Of a stretch of 64,000 bases of DNA, positions 18,228 through 28,253 are shown piece by piece. How positions within the stretch are numbered: position 1 is the first letter of the stretch; each line of letters opens with the position of its first letter. This DNA comes from Agriterribacter sp. (lineage in GTDB: Bacteria > Bacteroidota > Bacteroidia > Chitinophagales > Chitinophagaceae). The stretch covers positions 913,344-977,343 of the forward strand of contig JASGJY010000001.1 in assembly GCA_047601125.1 (NCBI GenBank), read 5' to 3'. The position numbers and the translations under genes were made by a program. Below the pieces are notes generated by a model that made no database searches, was not told the DNA's origin, and was given only the letters and a program-made list of their open reading frames with translations.

Positions 18228-19127
18228 ATGAGTAAATTAAAAGTTGTTATTACCGGGGCAAACGGATTATTAGGACAGTATTTAATAAGAGATATGGCAA
18301 AAGCAGGTTTCGGGGTTTTTGCTACAAACCGTGGCACTAGCAGGCTGCCTGAGTATGAAGGAGTGGATTACGGCTATACATCTGTTGATATCCGTGATAA
18401 GGAGGCCGTGCAGCAATATCTTTTTACTATAAAGCCGGCAATTATTATTCATGCCGCGGCTATGGCCCAACCCGATGCATGTGAGTTGAATAAAGATGAA
18501 TGCAGGGATATTAATATTACCGCGACGGCTGATATTGCGGCGGCGGCTGAAAAGTTGGGCGCCCATTTAATATTTGTATCCACCGATTTTATATTTAGCG
18601 GAGATAGCGGACCATATATTGAGGATGATATACCTTCGCCGGTTAATTATTATGGTGAAAGTAAACTGGCTGCAGAAGACATTATACAAAACAGTAAAAT
18701 AAACTGGGCTATAGTGCGTACGGTATTGGTATATGGAAATATTCTTTCCGGAACACGCAGTAATGTGGTAACATGGGTTAAGGATAATCTTGAGAAAGGA
18801 AATCATATAAAAGTGGTGAACGACCAGGTAAGAACGCCCACTTATGTAGAAGACCTTTCCAAAGGCATATTATTAATAGCGCAACAAAATGCTAAAGGTA
18901 TTTTTAATATTTCAGGCAAAGAAGTATTTACACCTTACGAAATGGCTATACAGGTGGCAGATTATTTTGGGCTTGATAAATCATTAATGGAAAAAGTTAC
19001 TGCCGATACGTTTACACAACCTGCCCGGCGGCCATTGAAAACAGGCTTTATTATTGATAAGGCAGAAAAGGAATTGGGATATAAACCTGTATCTTTTAAA
19101 GAAGGGATACAAAAAATGTTTGGTTGA
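18228..19127 (+). CDS. NAD(P)-dependent SDR, RmlD/dTDP-4-dehydrorhamnose reductase-like
   Basis: TGANGLLG, STDFIF, YGESK (YxxxK), VNDQVRTPTY. Confidence 0.85.
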   Translation: MSKLKVVITGANGLLGQYLIRDMAKAGFGVFATNRGTSRLPEYEGVDYGYTSVDIRDKEAVQQYLFTIKPAIIIHAAAMAQPDACELNKDECRDINITATADIAAAAEKLGAHLIFVSTDFIFSGDSGPYIEDDIPSPVNYYGESKLAAEDIIQNSKINWAIVRTVLVYGNILSGTRSNVVTWVKDNLEKGNHIKVVNDQVRTPTYVEDLSKGILLIAQQNAKGIFNISGKEVFTPYEMAIQVADYFGLDKSLMEKVTADTFTQPARRPLKTGFIIDKAEKELGYKPVSFKEGIQKMFG

Positions 19128-19130
19128 ATT

Positions 19131-19568
19131 TTACCCTTTGAATGATTGTTTTATATGCGAGCCGTCGCAATAGAGTTTATTGAGCGAATGCCCGCAACGG
19201 CACAGCGCGGTAACTTTTGATTTGCGGGCTTCTTCACCGGATTTATCCTTGATGATAATATTACCATACACCAGCAGCGGACCATCGGGCATTACTTCAA
19301 TTTTTGTATCGGTAGTTATATTGCTGTCTTGTTGTTCCTGATTATTATAGTAAGAACTTAAAGCGCCGCTCGGGCATTTTTTCACCTGTTCTTCAATTTG
19401 CATGCTGCTTCCTCCTTCCATATTTATCCATGGGCGGATCTTTGGATTAAAAACACCGGGTAATCCTGTAGCCTGTTTCCAGCATATGGTAGAATGTATG
19501 CAAACCGACGGCTGCCATACTATTGTTATTTCGCCGTTTGTATATTTTTTAACGATGTCTTTTTCCAT
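19131..19568 (-). CDS. divergent 4Fe-4S (Fer4_19) plus CDGSH iron-sulfur domain protein
   Basis: CIHSTIC...CPSGAL and LCRCGHSLNKLYCDGSH. Confidence 0.85.
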   Translation of the reverse strand: MEKDIVKKYTNGEITIVWQPSVCIHSTICWKQATGLPGVFNPKIRPWINMEGGSSMQIEEQVKKCPSGALSSYYNNQEQQDSNITTDTKIEVMPDGPLLVYGNIIIKDKSGEEARKSKVTALCRCGHSLNKLYCDGSHIKQSFKG

Positions 19569-19665
19569 ACCTATAAAGTTAGAGAATTACGGTTAATGAA
19601 ATTATTAGAACCTGCTGATTTTAATAAGTTGAGATTAACCGTGAATATCAGTAACTAATATGAAC

Positions 19666-21135
19666 TTACTTTTTCAGCAGCTTCTCAAAACTACTCTGCA
19701 CGGCCTCCGCAAATCCGGGGAGCGTTGATAAATCAGCATCCCATAATGTTATATCACTCAGCACATCTCTTACTATATGCGCTTCACCATGCTTTTGCCA
19801 TAACTCATAAAAATAGTCTGCTTTATCGTCATTTATCGGGTAGGCATTGCCGTTAAGTTCGCCTTCATATATATTGCCGTTCTTTTTTACGACTTTCATA
19901 AACAGTATATATGCTGCAAAACCTTTGGCTATATACTGCGGAACTGTATTGTAAACAGCAAAATAACGCAGCAGCACCGGTATTACCCGCATCTTCATTT
20001 TTGAAGTGTACTGCATGGTAATACTGATCCATTGATGATTTAAAAAAGGATTTGCAAACCTGTCAAGCACCTGGTTACCGAAACTTTCGGCTTCATCATC
20101 AGCTACATTGGCAGGTATTGCGGGGGCTATATCCTTCAGCATAAGCTCGCGTACAAATGCACTGAATGTTTTATCCGCCATGCTTTCCCTTACAAATGTA
20201 AAACCAGACAGGTATGCCAAACCGCAGCTTAGTGTATGCGTTCCGTTTAGTAATCTCAGCTTAAGCTCCCTGTATTTTTCAATATCAGGCGCTATAATAA
20301 TACCATTATCTACTTCATTAAACGATAAAATTTTTCTTACCCTGTCATCGCCTTCAATTGCCCAAAGGCGGTAAGGTTCACAAATAATCAACAGGTCATC
20401 TGTATAGCCCATTGTTTTTTCAAACTTTTCTTTAACACCTGCTGCGGGCTTACCGGGCACAATACGGTCTACCAATGAATTGCAGAATGTATTGGCAAAC
20501 TGAAGCCATTCCACAAAGCCTTGCTCCAGTTTATTATAAGTGGAGAGTTGCAATAAAATTGATTTGAGCTTATCGCCGTTCCCAACAATCAGTTCGGTTG
20601 GTATGATCACACAACCGCCTTCCGCTTCTCCGCCGCATACTTCATATCTTTTGTGCAAAAAAGCAAGCAGCTTTGCAGGAAAAGAGGCCGGCGGTGCCTG
20701 GTGTATATCTTCTTCAACCAAAGTTATCCCTACTTCGGTGGTATTTGAAATGATGATATTTATTTCAGCATTGTGCGCACAGTCCAGAATTTCTTTCCAT
20801 TGAGATTTGGCAGACAATACCCGGCTTATGGCAGCATTAATTAAAGTTTCTTCTGTTTGCTTACCGTTTTCCAGACCCTGAACGCAGATCGTATATAATC
20901 CGTCCTGTGTGTCAAATGCGTCAACTCCGCCGGTATCGGTAGATTTAACCACAACAACTCTTCCGTTAAAAACATTTTTCTTATTGGCTTTATCAATAAA
21001 ATAATCAGGTAATCCGCGCAGCAACACACCTGTACCAAATTGTAAAACCTTTTCCGGTAAATCAAATATCTCATTTACTGGTTTTTGTATACCCGGGTTA
21101 CTGATTTGTGCGAGTGTTGATTTGTTGAGTTGCAT
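19666..21135 (-). CDS. uxaB: tagaturonate reductase (altronate oxidoreductase)
   Basis: VLQFGTGVLLRG, ISNTTEVGI, NSLVDRIVPG, ELKLRLLNGTHT, DRFANPF. Confidence 0.9.
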   Translation of the reverse strand: MQLNKSTLAQISNPGIQKPVNEIFDLPEKVLQFGTGVLLRGLPDYFIDKANKKNVFNGRVVVVKSTDTGGVDAFDTQDGLYTICVQGLENGKQTEETLINAAISRVLSAKSQWKEILDCAHNAEINIIISNTTEVGITLVEEDIHQAPPASFPAKLLAFLHKRYEVCGGEAEGGCVIIPTELIVGNGDKLKSILLQLSTYNKLEQGFVEWLQFANTFCNSLVDRIVPGKPAAGVKEKFEKTMGYTDDLLIICEPYRLWAIEGDDRVRKILSFNEVDNGIIIAPDIEKYRELKLRLLNGTHTLSCGLAYLSGFTFVRESMADKTFSAFVRELMLKDIAPAIPANVADDEAESFGNQVLDRFANPFLNHQWISITMQYTSKMKMRVIPVLLRYFAVYNTVPQYIAKGFAAYILFMKVVKKNGNIYEGELNGNAYPINDDKADYFYELWQKHGEAHIVRDVLSDITLWDADLSTLPGFAEAVQSSFEKLLKK

Positions 21136-21159
21136 TATTAAGCTTTTGTTTTAATAAAA

Positions 21160-21319
21160 GGTACAGGTATAAGGCATAGGGTGTAAGGGTTAAGGTTATT
21201 ACAGGTTTCAGGTATTAGCCTTCAGCTATCAGCTATTGCAATTGCTGTCAGCATCTCCAAAACCTGATACCTGAAGGCTGATAGCTTACTCCTGCTTCCT
21301 TACGTCTTATCACTTACAA
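21160..21319. repeat. heptamer arrays with inverted halves
   Basis: ggtataa ggcatag ggtgtaa gggttaa; caggtattagccttcagctatcagct versus acctgatacctgaaggctgatagct. Confidence 0.7.
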
Positions 21320-22561
21320 CTATCTCACCTGCCCATTTCCCCTTAATATCCATTTTTCCGTAACTAATTTTTCCAGCGCGAAAGGACCCCTCGCATGCAG
21401 CTTTTGTGTAGAGATGCCTATTTCCGCCCCGAGTCCAAACTCTTCACCATCCGTAAAGCGGGTAGACGCATTATGATATACCGCCGCAGCATCTACTTCC
21501 TTCAAAAATAATTCCGCGTTCTTTTTATCTTCGGTAACAATAGATTCAGAATGTTTGGTAGAATGCTCACGGATATGCGTAAGCGCTTCATCAATACCTT
21601 TCACCACTTTTACCGCGCATTTCAAATCTAAAAATTCCCTGCTGAAATCTTCAGCAGTTGCTTTTTGCAGATGGTTGTATCCCTTTAATATTTTAAAAGA
21701 AGGTTCGTCAGCAAAGATTTCCACTTCATATTTTCCAAGTTCTTCTTTTAATAGCAGTAAAAAGTCAGCAGCTATAACTTTATCCACTATCACGGTATCC
21801 ATTGCATTGCAAACAGATGGCCTGGATACTTTGGCATTTGTTACGATCTTTACTGCTTTAGCAATATCCGCCTTTTGCTCTACATATACATGACAAACGC
21901 CTGCGCCCGTTTCAATCACGGGTACCTGGCTGTTCTTGCGAACATAGTTGATAAGGCTTTCAGATCCGCGTGGAATCAATACATCAATATATTTGCCGGC
22001 AGTAAATAACTCATCTACCGATGCACGTGCTGCAGGCAACAGCATTACTATTTCCGCAGGAAGCTTATTTTTTTTGAGCACACTATGTATTAACCGGATG
22101 GCAGCCAGATTGGTTTGTTCCGCTTCAACACTACCTTTCAATATACTGGCGTTTCCACTTCGAAGACAAAGTGCGGCAATATCAAACGTTACATTTGGCC
22201 TTGATTCAAAAATGGCGCCTACCACGCCTAATGGTACCGTTCTTTTTTCAAGCAACAAACCGTTCGGTAATTTTTTTCTTTCAATAATTTTATCTGAAGG
22301 GTTAGGCAGCCTGCTCACTTTACGTATACTGTTGGCAATACTCCTGATCCTTTTTTCATCAAGCCTCAGGCGATCTGTTTTAGGATCACCAGGCTTTTGC
22401 TTTGCTACATCTTTTTCGTTAGCCTTCAATAAAAATTTTTGCTGTGCTTCAAGTTCATCCGCAAGCATGAGCAATAGCTTTTTCAACTGCCTGTCTTCCA
22501 ACGCACGTAATTCCGGAGCGGCATTATATGTTTTCTTTATTAAGTTTAATACATCACTCAT
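21320..22561 (-). CDS. proA: gamma-glutamyl phosphate reductase
   Basis: VPLGVVGAIFESRPNVT, RPSVCNA, NASTRFTDG..FGLGAEIGISTQKLHARGP. Confidence 0.97.
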   Translation of the reverse strand: MSDVLNLIKKTYNAAPELRALEDRQLKKLLLMLADELEAQQKFLLKANEKDVAKQKPGDPKTDRLRLDEKRIRSIANSIRKVSRLPNPSDKIIERKKLPNGLLLEKRTVPLGVVGAIFESRPNVTFDIAALCLRSGNASILKGSVEAEQTNLAAIRLIHSVLKKNKLPAEIVMLLPAARASVDELFTAGKYIDVLIPRGSESLINYVRKNSQVPVIETGAGVCHVYVEQKADIAKAVKIVTNAKVSRPSVCNAMDTVIVDKVIAADFLLLLKEELGKYEVEIFADEPSFKILKGYNHLQKATAEDFSREFLDLKCAVKVVKGIDEALTHIREHSTKHSESIVTEDKKNAELFLKEVDAAAVYHNASTRFTDGEEFGLGAEIGISTQKLHARGPFALEKLVTEKWILRGNGQVR

Positions 22562-22570
22562 TACATCATT

Positions 22571-23605
22571 TTAAAAAGTCACTATATCATCAGCATGAGC
22601 TGCAATAATATTTTTTTGTGCTATTTGTTTCACAATTTCCGTACTGCTCAACTTTACTTTGGCAACGCCTATAATAGCATCATCTTCATCCATCAACTGA
22701 ATTACTTCGCCGGAAACGAAATTACCGTTTACTTTTTTTATACCAACAGTAAGTAAGCTTTTCCTGCCCAGCAATGCCTTTGAAGCACCCTTATCTATAT
22801 AAATGCTGCCGATGGTGATTGAACCGCTTGCCAGCCATTTTTGTCTTGCTTTTAAGTTAGACGGTCGTGGTAAAAATGTTGTGCCTGTTTTTTGTTTAAC
22901 TGCATCCTTAAGAGGTGATGTACCTGCCAGGCCGCAGATGATCACTTTTATACCTAGCGATACTGCAAGCTTTGTTGATGTAAGCTTGGATAACATGCCG
23001 CCTAAACCCAGGCTGCTTCTTTCTTTACTTACATAATTGAAAATAGATTTATCAAATTTTTCAACCAGCGGAATTACTTTTTTATCGTGATCAAGCAAGC
23101 CGCCTACAGAAGTGCAAATGATAAGTGTATCAGCATTAAAGCTGATGGCGATAAGGGTAGCCAGCTCATCATTATCAGAAAACTTCAATTCAATATTACT
23201 TACCAGGTCATTTTCATTTACTACCGGCAGAATGTTATTTTGCCAGAATTCATGAAAAGTTTCTTTTAGCTGCAGGAACTGTTTGCGGTTGGAGAAGTGA
23301 TGGCGCTCACATAAAGCCTGTGCCACAGGAATATTGTATTTTGAAAAATGCTTGTGGTATAATTGAATAAGCATGGGGTTGCCTACGGCAGCTGCGGCTT
23401 TTCTTTCGGTAATAAATCCCTTATAGCCGGGGAAGAAAGATTTACCGGCACCAACCGCGCCGCTTGAAACCAATACAATATTATATGTATCGCTCAAGGC
23501 AACTATCTGTGCTGCTATCTTTTTGATAATTGCCTTGTCTGTTTTCCCTTCTTTATCGGTTATAACCGCAGTTCCAAGCTTTACAACCAAAACTTTTTTT
23601 TGCAT
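22571..23605 (-). CDS. proB: glutamate 5-kinase with PUA domain
   Basis: VVKLGT, VSSGAV, VVNEND, DNDELA, GGMLSKL. Confidence 0.95.
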   Translation of the reverse strand: MQKKVLVVKLGTAVITDKEGKTDKAIIKKIAAQIVALSDTYNIVLVSSGAVGAGKSFFPGYKGFITERKAAAAVGNPMLIQLYHKHFSKYNIPVAQALCERHHFSNRKQFLQLKETFHEFWQNNILPVVNENDLVSNIELKFSDNDELATLIAISFNADTLIICTSVGGLLDHDKKVIPLVEKFDKSIFNYVSKERSSLGLGGMLSKLTSTKLAVSLGIKVIICGLAGTSPLKDAVKQKTGTTFLPRPSNLKARQKWLASGSITIGSIYIDKGASKALLGRKSLLTVGIKKVNGNFVSGEVIQLMDEDDAIIGVAKVKLSSTEIVKQIAQKNIIAAHADDIVTF

Positions 23606-23624
23606 GCCCCGTTAAAATTGAGCG

Positions 23625-23632
23625 CAAAAATA
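23625..23632 (-). promoter_or_regulatory. -7 promoter element for proBA
   Basis: TATTTTTG on minus strand 20 nt upstream of proB ATG. Confidence 0.55.
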
Positions 23633-23734
23633 CGGAGGAGAAACAAGATTTGGTTAAAGGAGATCCCCGTTTATGCTGATTACTATTTATTTCGTCAGCT
23701 AAACAAGGGATCTTGTTTCCAGGCATAGTTAATA

Positions 23735-24169
23735 TTAACTTACGGTAAGCGTATTGCCGTTTACAGATACTGCGTATTTAGTAAGTGCTACTGTAGCGGG
23801 GCCTTGAGTAACTGCTCCTGAAATGCTATACTCACTTCCATGACAGGGGCATTTAAAATCATTATCTGCGGCATCATAGGCAACAGTACATTGCTGGTGT
23901 GTGCAAATAAGACTAAGAGCTGAGAATGATGATGATGTATTGCCGGTAGCCGTTCTGACCACTATTACATTACCGCTTACTTTTGAACTGCCTACAGATG
24001 TAAGTTCAGTAGCAAGATTTGCAGTAAGCTTTGTGCTTCCACTGCCTCCTCCGCCACCGGGATCAGGATTTGAGTTGTCATCTGATTTGGAACAGGATGC
24101 TAAAAAGCCTGTTGAGCAAACAGCCGCTGTAACCTGTCCCATTTCAGTTAAAAATTTCCTGCGTTCCAT
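23735..24169 (-). CDS. Rieske [2Fe-2S] protein, predicted Tat-exported lipoprotein
   Basis: CTHQQC and CPCHGS motifs; ERRKFL twin-arginine signal and LASC lipobox. Confidence 0.9.
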   Translation of the reverse strand: MERRKFLTEMGQVTAAVCSTGFLASCSKSDDNSNPDPGGGGGSGSTKLTANLATELTSVGSSKVSGNVIVVRTATGNTSSSFSALSLICTHQQCTVAYDAADNDFKCPCHGSEYSISGAVTQGPATVALTKYAVSVNGNTLTVS

Positions 24170-24198
24170 GTTATAGTTTTATTATTGATGAATAGTTC

Positions 24199-25092
24199 TT
24201 ACTTCTTTCCAAATTTGAATGACCGGGAAATATTGAAACCGAAATAAATATCCCCTTTACCCCAACTGCCGGTTGTGCGTCCGATATAGAGTGGCTCAAC
24301 CATACCCTGCGAATTTGTTACATGCACCTGGAAAACGTGCCCGCCTGTTTCAATATCAAAACCTGCGCTTAATGAATTGTATACTTTCAAAGATTTTACC
24401 TGGTCGGCAGGCAGGTAATTGTATTCGATATTGATGCTTGCTCTTTTGGTTATTTTCATTCTTGCGCCCATTCCTAAAGCAAACAGGTCGTTTTTATCGG
24501 CAGCCGCAGCAACAAGATTATAATGTAACCATGTGGGTGAAAGTTGCACAGATAAATTCCTGTTTATTTTTCTTGCTAATAAAAGTTGTGCTGTATACTG
24601 CGTTCGGTACTTTGCATTCATATAAGGCTTGTCAGCATATTTCAATGTTGTATATGCAATGCCAAGCAATGCGGTAGCAGAAATAGGTATTTTGTCTGAA
24701 CCATCCGTTTGCCTGAATAGCTTTGCTTTTATATATCCGTCATAAGTTTTTTCGAATGTGCTCCTGCCGATACCTATGGCAAACCTGTTTGTGAGCCCGT
24801 AATCAAAACCCATGCGCATGGTAGCATTGTCTAATCCGAAAAATTGATACGCTCCGTCATTTATTTTTCCAAAACGGTGCATGATCATAAAAACCAATTC
24901 TTTTTTTGCAGGTGCTTCAACCGAATGCAGGTTAATGATATGTATGCCTTTGAAAGTGCCTGTTACATATATGTTTTTCTGACCCGTTTGTAAAGAATCT
25001 TCTATCATCTTCAGCAGGCTTGAATCCTGTGAAAAAATTGCGTTGCAGGAAAAAAGTACTAATAATAATGTAGTTGGTTTTTGATTTGACAT
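24199..25092 (-). CDS. DUF5777-family outer-membrane beta-barrel protein
   Basis: FMIMHRFG, FFGLDNA, IETGGHVFQ...NSQG, GFNISRSF. Confidence 0.75.
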   Translation of the reverse strand: MSNQKPTTLLLVLFSCNAIFSQDSSLLKMIEDSLQTGQKNIYVTGTFKGIHIINLHSVEAPAKKELVFMIMHRFGKINDGAYQFFGLDNATMRMGFDYGLTNRFAIGIGRSTFEKTYDGYIKAKLFRQTDGSDKIPISATALLGIAYTTLKYADKPYMNAKYRTQYTAQLLLARKINRNLSVQLSPTWLHYNLVAAAADKNDLFALGMGARMKITKRASINIEYNYLPADQVKSLKVYNSLSAGFDIETGGHVFQVHVTNSQGMVEPLYIGRTTGSWGKGDIYFGFNISRSFKFGKK

Positions 25093-25097
25093 ACAAT

Positions 25098-25640
25098 TTA
25101 TTTTTTAGGATTGCATTCAACTTTAATTTCCACATCAATAAGTTTTGCTATTTTATCACTTACTAAAGAAGGAATTTTGATATTGAAATCCTGTGGGGCA
25201 AGTTGAAATTTGGCCACACCTGATAAGACTCCGTTGCTCATTTCAATTGTAGCAGGTACTGAGATTTTCTTATCTACTCCGTGCAATGTTATAGTGCCTT
25301 CTACCTGTATATTGTATACTTGTTGCTTTTGCAGATCTACAGTGCCTGTAAAACTTCCTTTAAAAACAGCTCTTGGATATTTATCACTTTCTACATAATT
25401 CTCATTAAAATGTTCCTGCATCAGCTCTTTCCTGAAAGTGAAGCTTTTGAGAAGCATTGAAAAAGCAATCTGTTTTTTTTCAGTATCAATCATTGCCACA
25501 ACCTGGTTGTTTTCTGCCTTAATATCTTCAAGCGGTGTTTTTGAATAAAAACCTGCAAAACCGGTTTTGGTGATGTATAGTTGTGCATTTGTGGCTAATC
25601 CTGTGCACATGAACAACAGGATGAATAGTTGCTTCTTCAT
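25098..25640 (-). CDS. YceI family protein
   Basis: Signal peptide; FYSKTPLEDIKA, LMQEHFNENYVESDKYP, ITLHGV. Confidence 0.85.
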   Translation of the reverse strand: MKKQLFILLFMCTGLATNAQLYITKTGFAGFYSKTPLEDIKAENNQVVAMIDTEKKQIAFSMLLKSFTFRKELMQEHFNENYVESDKYPRAVFKGSFTGTVDLQKQQVYNIQVEGTITLHGVDKKISVPATIEMSNGVLSGVAKFQLAPQDFNIKIPSLVSDKIAKLIDVEIKVECNPKK

Positions 25641-25879
25641 GATAAATTATTTTAAGGTATCAACATATTTAAATGTTCATCGCCAGTCATCTCACTATTT
25701 TTAAAAAGTATAGAAACACTTTGTTTTACCACTTACAGTAAGACCAACATACCCCGCCGTATTGCAAACCCGCCAGAGTGAAACATGAGATGAATGATGA
25801 ATGTAGCCACGGATAAAGCAATCTCTCATGAACTAAGACTTCTGCACGCAACATCACACGATCACATCTTCCAGAATGC

Positions 25880-26248
25880 TCAATTATTTGGTGCACCATT
25901 TTGCACCCAAGATTTTATTTTGTTTATATCACAATCAGAAAGTTTTGGCGCATTGTACGGCATCGGTGTATATCCTGCTGCATGAGATATGGCCCCGGTA
26001 AGGTTTCCGTTGTCTGCCTGAATTTTAAGTTTTGTATATCCGTCCAGGTCAATCCCGTTTGTAACAGTACCATTACCGTGACAACCATAACAGTTTATTT
26101 GAATGATCGGCAGTATATCCGTGCTGTATTTCATATTATCGGTATTGCATTGGCCGGTTGCAAACTCGTCTTCCGAATCTTTTGAACATGCGCTTATCCA
26201 AAGAATAGCTATCGCGATAATTCCTGTGTATAATACCTTTTTTCCCAT
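25880..26248 (-). CDS. c-type cytochrome-like lipoprotein
   Basis: ISAC lipobox; CYGCH heme-binding motif; MP (possible Met ligand). Confidence 0.75.
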   Translation of the reverse strand: MGKKVLYTGIIAIAILWISACSKDSEDEFATGQCNTDNMKYSTDILPIIQINCYGCHGNGTVTNGIDLDGYTKLKIQADNGNLTGAISHAAGYTPMPYNAPKLSDCDINKIKSWVQNGAPNN

Positions 26249-26255
26249 ACTATAT

Positions 26256-26666
26256 TTATTTTACAATTACACAATCAGTAAGATTAACATCCATATTAAA
26301 TCCTGTACACCTGCCCTTAACTGTTATCTCCTGTCCTGTTGTAATATTTTTTTCAGTTACCTCTTTTCCGGGGGAGAACCTGCAACTTATACCGCCACCT
26401 GATGTCTGTGGACCCAGTGTAAGTATTATATCTTCTCCGGAATCAGTAAGATCATCCACTACTCCTTTTACTTCAACAACTTTATTTAAGTAAGTTTTAT
26501 TTGCTTCGCTTTCATTGTTACTAAACGCTTCATATAATCGCAATGCAGTTACCCTTGTATCTGCTGACTTTGATGAGACTCCTTCCCTGGGTTTGTTATA
26601 CCAGTACCAGGCAAAACCAAGGCATAATATGGCCCCTGCCAAAAAAATGATTAGTTTTTTTCGCAT
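26256..26666 (-). CDS. OB-fold (tRNA_anti-like) membrane-anchored protein
   Basis: N-terminal TM; NESEANKTYLNKVVEVKG, ITVKGRCTG. Confidence 0.75.
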   Translation of the reverse strand: MRKKLIIFLAGAILCLGFAWYWYNKPREGVSSKSADTRVTALRLYEAFSNNESEANKTYLNKVVEVKGVVDDLTDSGEDIILTLGPQTSGGGISCRFSPGKEVTEKNITTGQEITVKGRCTGFNMDVNLTDCVIVK

Positions 26667-26687
26667 CAGTTTTTAAATAAATGTTGA

Positions 26688-28253
26688 TCAGAATTTTTTT
26701 CCTATACCAATGTATATGCCACCACTCGTCAGGGAAAGATTTCCTGTACCAACTCCGGAAACAGGAAGTCTGAAATATGGCTCTATCCTAAAATTGAAAG
26801 TTTTCAAAAAAGTTCGTTCATATCCCAGGTTCAGATTGATAACAGTCATCCAGTTTTTTTCTGCTGTCTTATACTCATATCCCTTTGTCATTGGCTGCCC
26901 TCCTGGATGGCGATATGTAAAATCATAATATTCTTTGTTCATCAGATATGACGACATCCCGGTTGCTATAAACCAATTACTATTTTTACCTGTTAATATG
27001 TTATACCTTACATTCAATGGTATGGTGATCATATAACAATTACCGTCAGCATTCATTATTTCCACGTCTCTTAAATAGGGAGACAGCTTACTTTTATCAA
27101 AATATTTTCCTTCCGTGCAATATATCTTTTTCTCCCATAAAGCTCCTGTTTCAATATGCCAGTGATTATTCAGGCGATAACCCAATAACAGGCCTGTGCT
27201 ACTACCGGTTCCGGCTATGCGCTGAAATTTAACTGAGCTTAAATCCGGGGCAACCACAGCGGCTGCATAAAAATAATGCTGATATTTTTTGTCTGTCTTA
27301 TTTTTATTTTGCTTTGCAGAACTATCAGCATTACCTGCATTTAAACCTTTAATACCCGGAGCCATTCCGGAAATTTTTCCCTCAAAAGATATTACCGGAA
27401 GCATCTTGCCATCATGATCTGTAAATACATATTGAAAGCTTCCGGTAATAGTTTTACTGGAGTCTCCATCTGGTCTGCTTATGCCAATATTATTCGTCTG
27501 CTTGTTCTGCTTATTATTATTATTTAAATACTGTACGATTGCTTTATTGTTTGTATTGTTCTCTCTGTCTACTACGTCCGGCTTACGTGGGTTGTTATTA
27601 TCAAAAGTTTTTTTGTTTTTTTTAAGCCGGTTATGGTGTGTGTTTGCCGAAGTAATAGCTCCTCCGTTTTTGGTTGTACTGTTTTTTTCAGTAACACTTC
27701 TTTCTCCGTTATTTAATACCGCCTCATGATCCTGACTGTTTTCCTTATGTTCGATAAAGTTTGATGCAGGGTTGTTTTCCGTTCTATTTTTTTTGTTGGA
27801 AATAATATTATTTTCAGCCAGGGCATTTTTATTTTCATCTTTTTCAATAATAGTACTTCTGTTACCCGGGGATTCGTTTAAAGAATATTCTTCCGTATCT
27901 GCTGATAATTTATTGATAATAGTATTTTCAGAAGATTTTGTAACAGGTCTCTCATTCGTATCTTTTGTTGCTTTTGCAGATTCCGTTTTTGCTATAATAT
28001 CTTCTTTGTTAGTTGCGCCGGTTTTTTTCCAGGTATAATATCCTGCAAACAAAGCTGGTAAGAGCAAAAACCACCAGAAGAAAAATCTGCGTTTCTTTTT
28101 TTCTTTACCCTGTTTTTCTATATTAAACCCATCAGCATTACGCAATGCTTTATTCACAGCATCCCACCCGGAAGCCTTGCTGGTATCCACCTCATAATTT
28201 TCCGCTGCTTTGCGGAAAAGTTCATCCATATCGTCATTCTTCATGTCAAACAT
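26688..28253 (-). CDS. probable ECF anti-sigma-like protein: N-terminal helix, TM, long low-complexity linker, C-terminal PorT-like beta-barrel
   Basis: DDMDELFRKAAENY..GWD; TM FFFWWFLLLPALFAGYY; N/K/T-rich linker; alternating beta strands ending GIYIGIGKKF; overlaps sigma gene by 13 nt. Confidence 0.7.
   Translation of the reverse strand: MFDMKNDDMDELFRKAAENYEVDTSKASGWDAVNKALRNADGFNIEKQGKEKKKRRFFFWWFLLLPALFAGYYTWKKTGATNKEDIIAKTESAKATKDTNERPVTKSSENTIINKLSADTEEYSLNESPGNRSTIIEKDENKNALAENNIISNKKNRTENNPASNFIEHKENSQDHEAVLNNGERSVTEKNSTTKNGGAITSANTHHNRLKKNKKTFDNNNPRKPDVVDRENNTNNKAIVQYLNNNNKQNKQTNNIGISRPDGDSSKTITGSFQYVFTDHDGKMLPVISFEGKISGMAPGIKGLNAGNADSSAKQNKNKTDKKYQHYFYAAAVVAPDLSSVKFQRIAGTGSSTGLLLGYRLNNHWHIETGALWEKKIYCTEGKYFDKSKLSPYLRDVEIMNADGNCYMITIPLNVRYNILTGKNSNWFIATGMSSYLMNKEYYDFTYRHPGGQPMTKGYEYKTAEKNWMTVINLNLGYERTFLKTFNFRIEPYFRLPVSGVGTGNLSLTSGGIYIGIGKKF

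Noticed and set aside
25757-25808. CCGTATTGCAA and GATGAATGTAGC resemble SAM-II riboswitch segments
   Set aside because: On the non-coding strand, P1 stem partners are missing, spacing is too long, and no Met/SAM gene lies downstream
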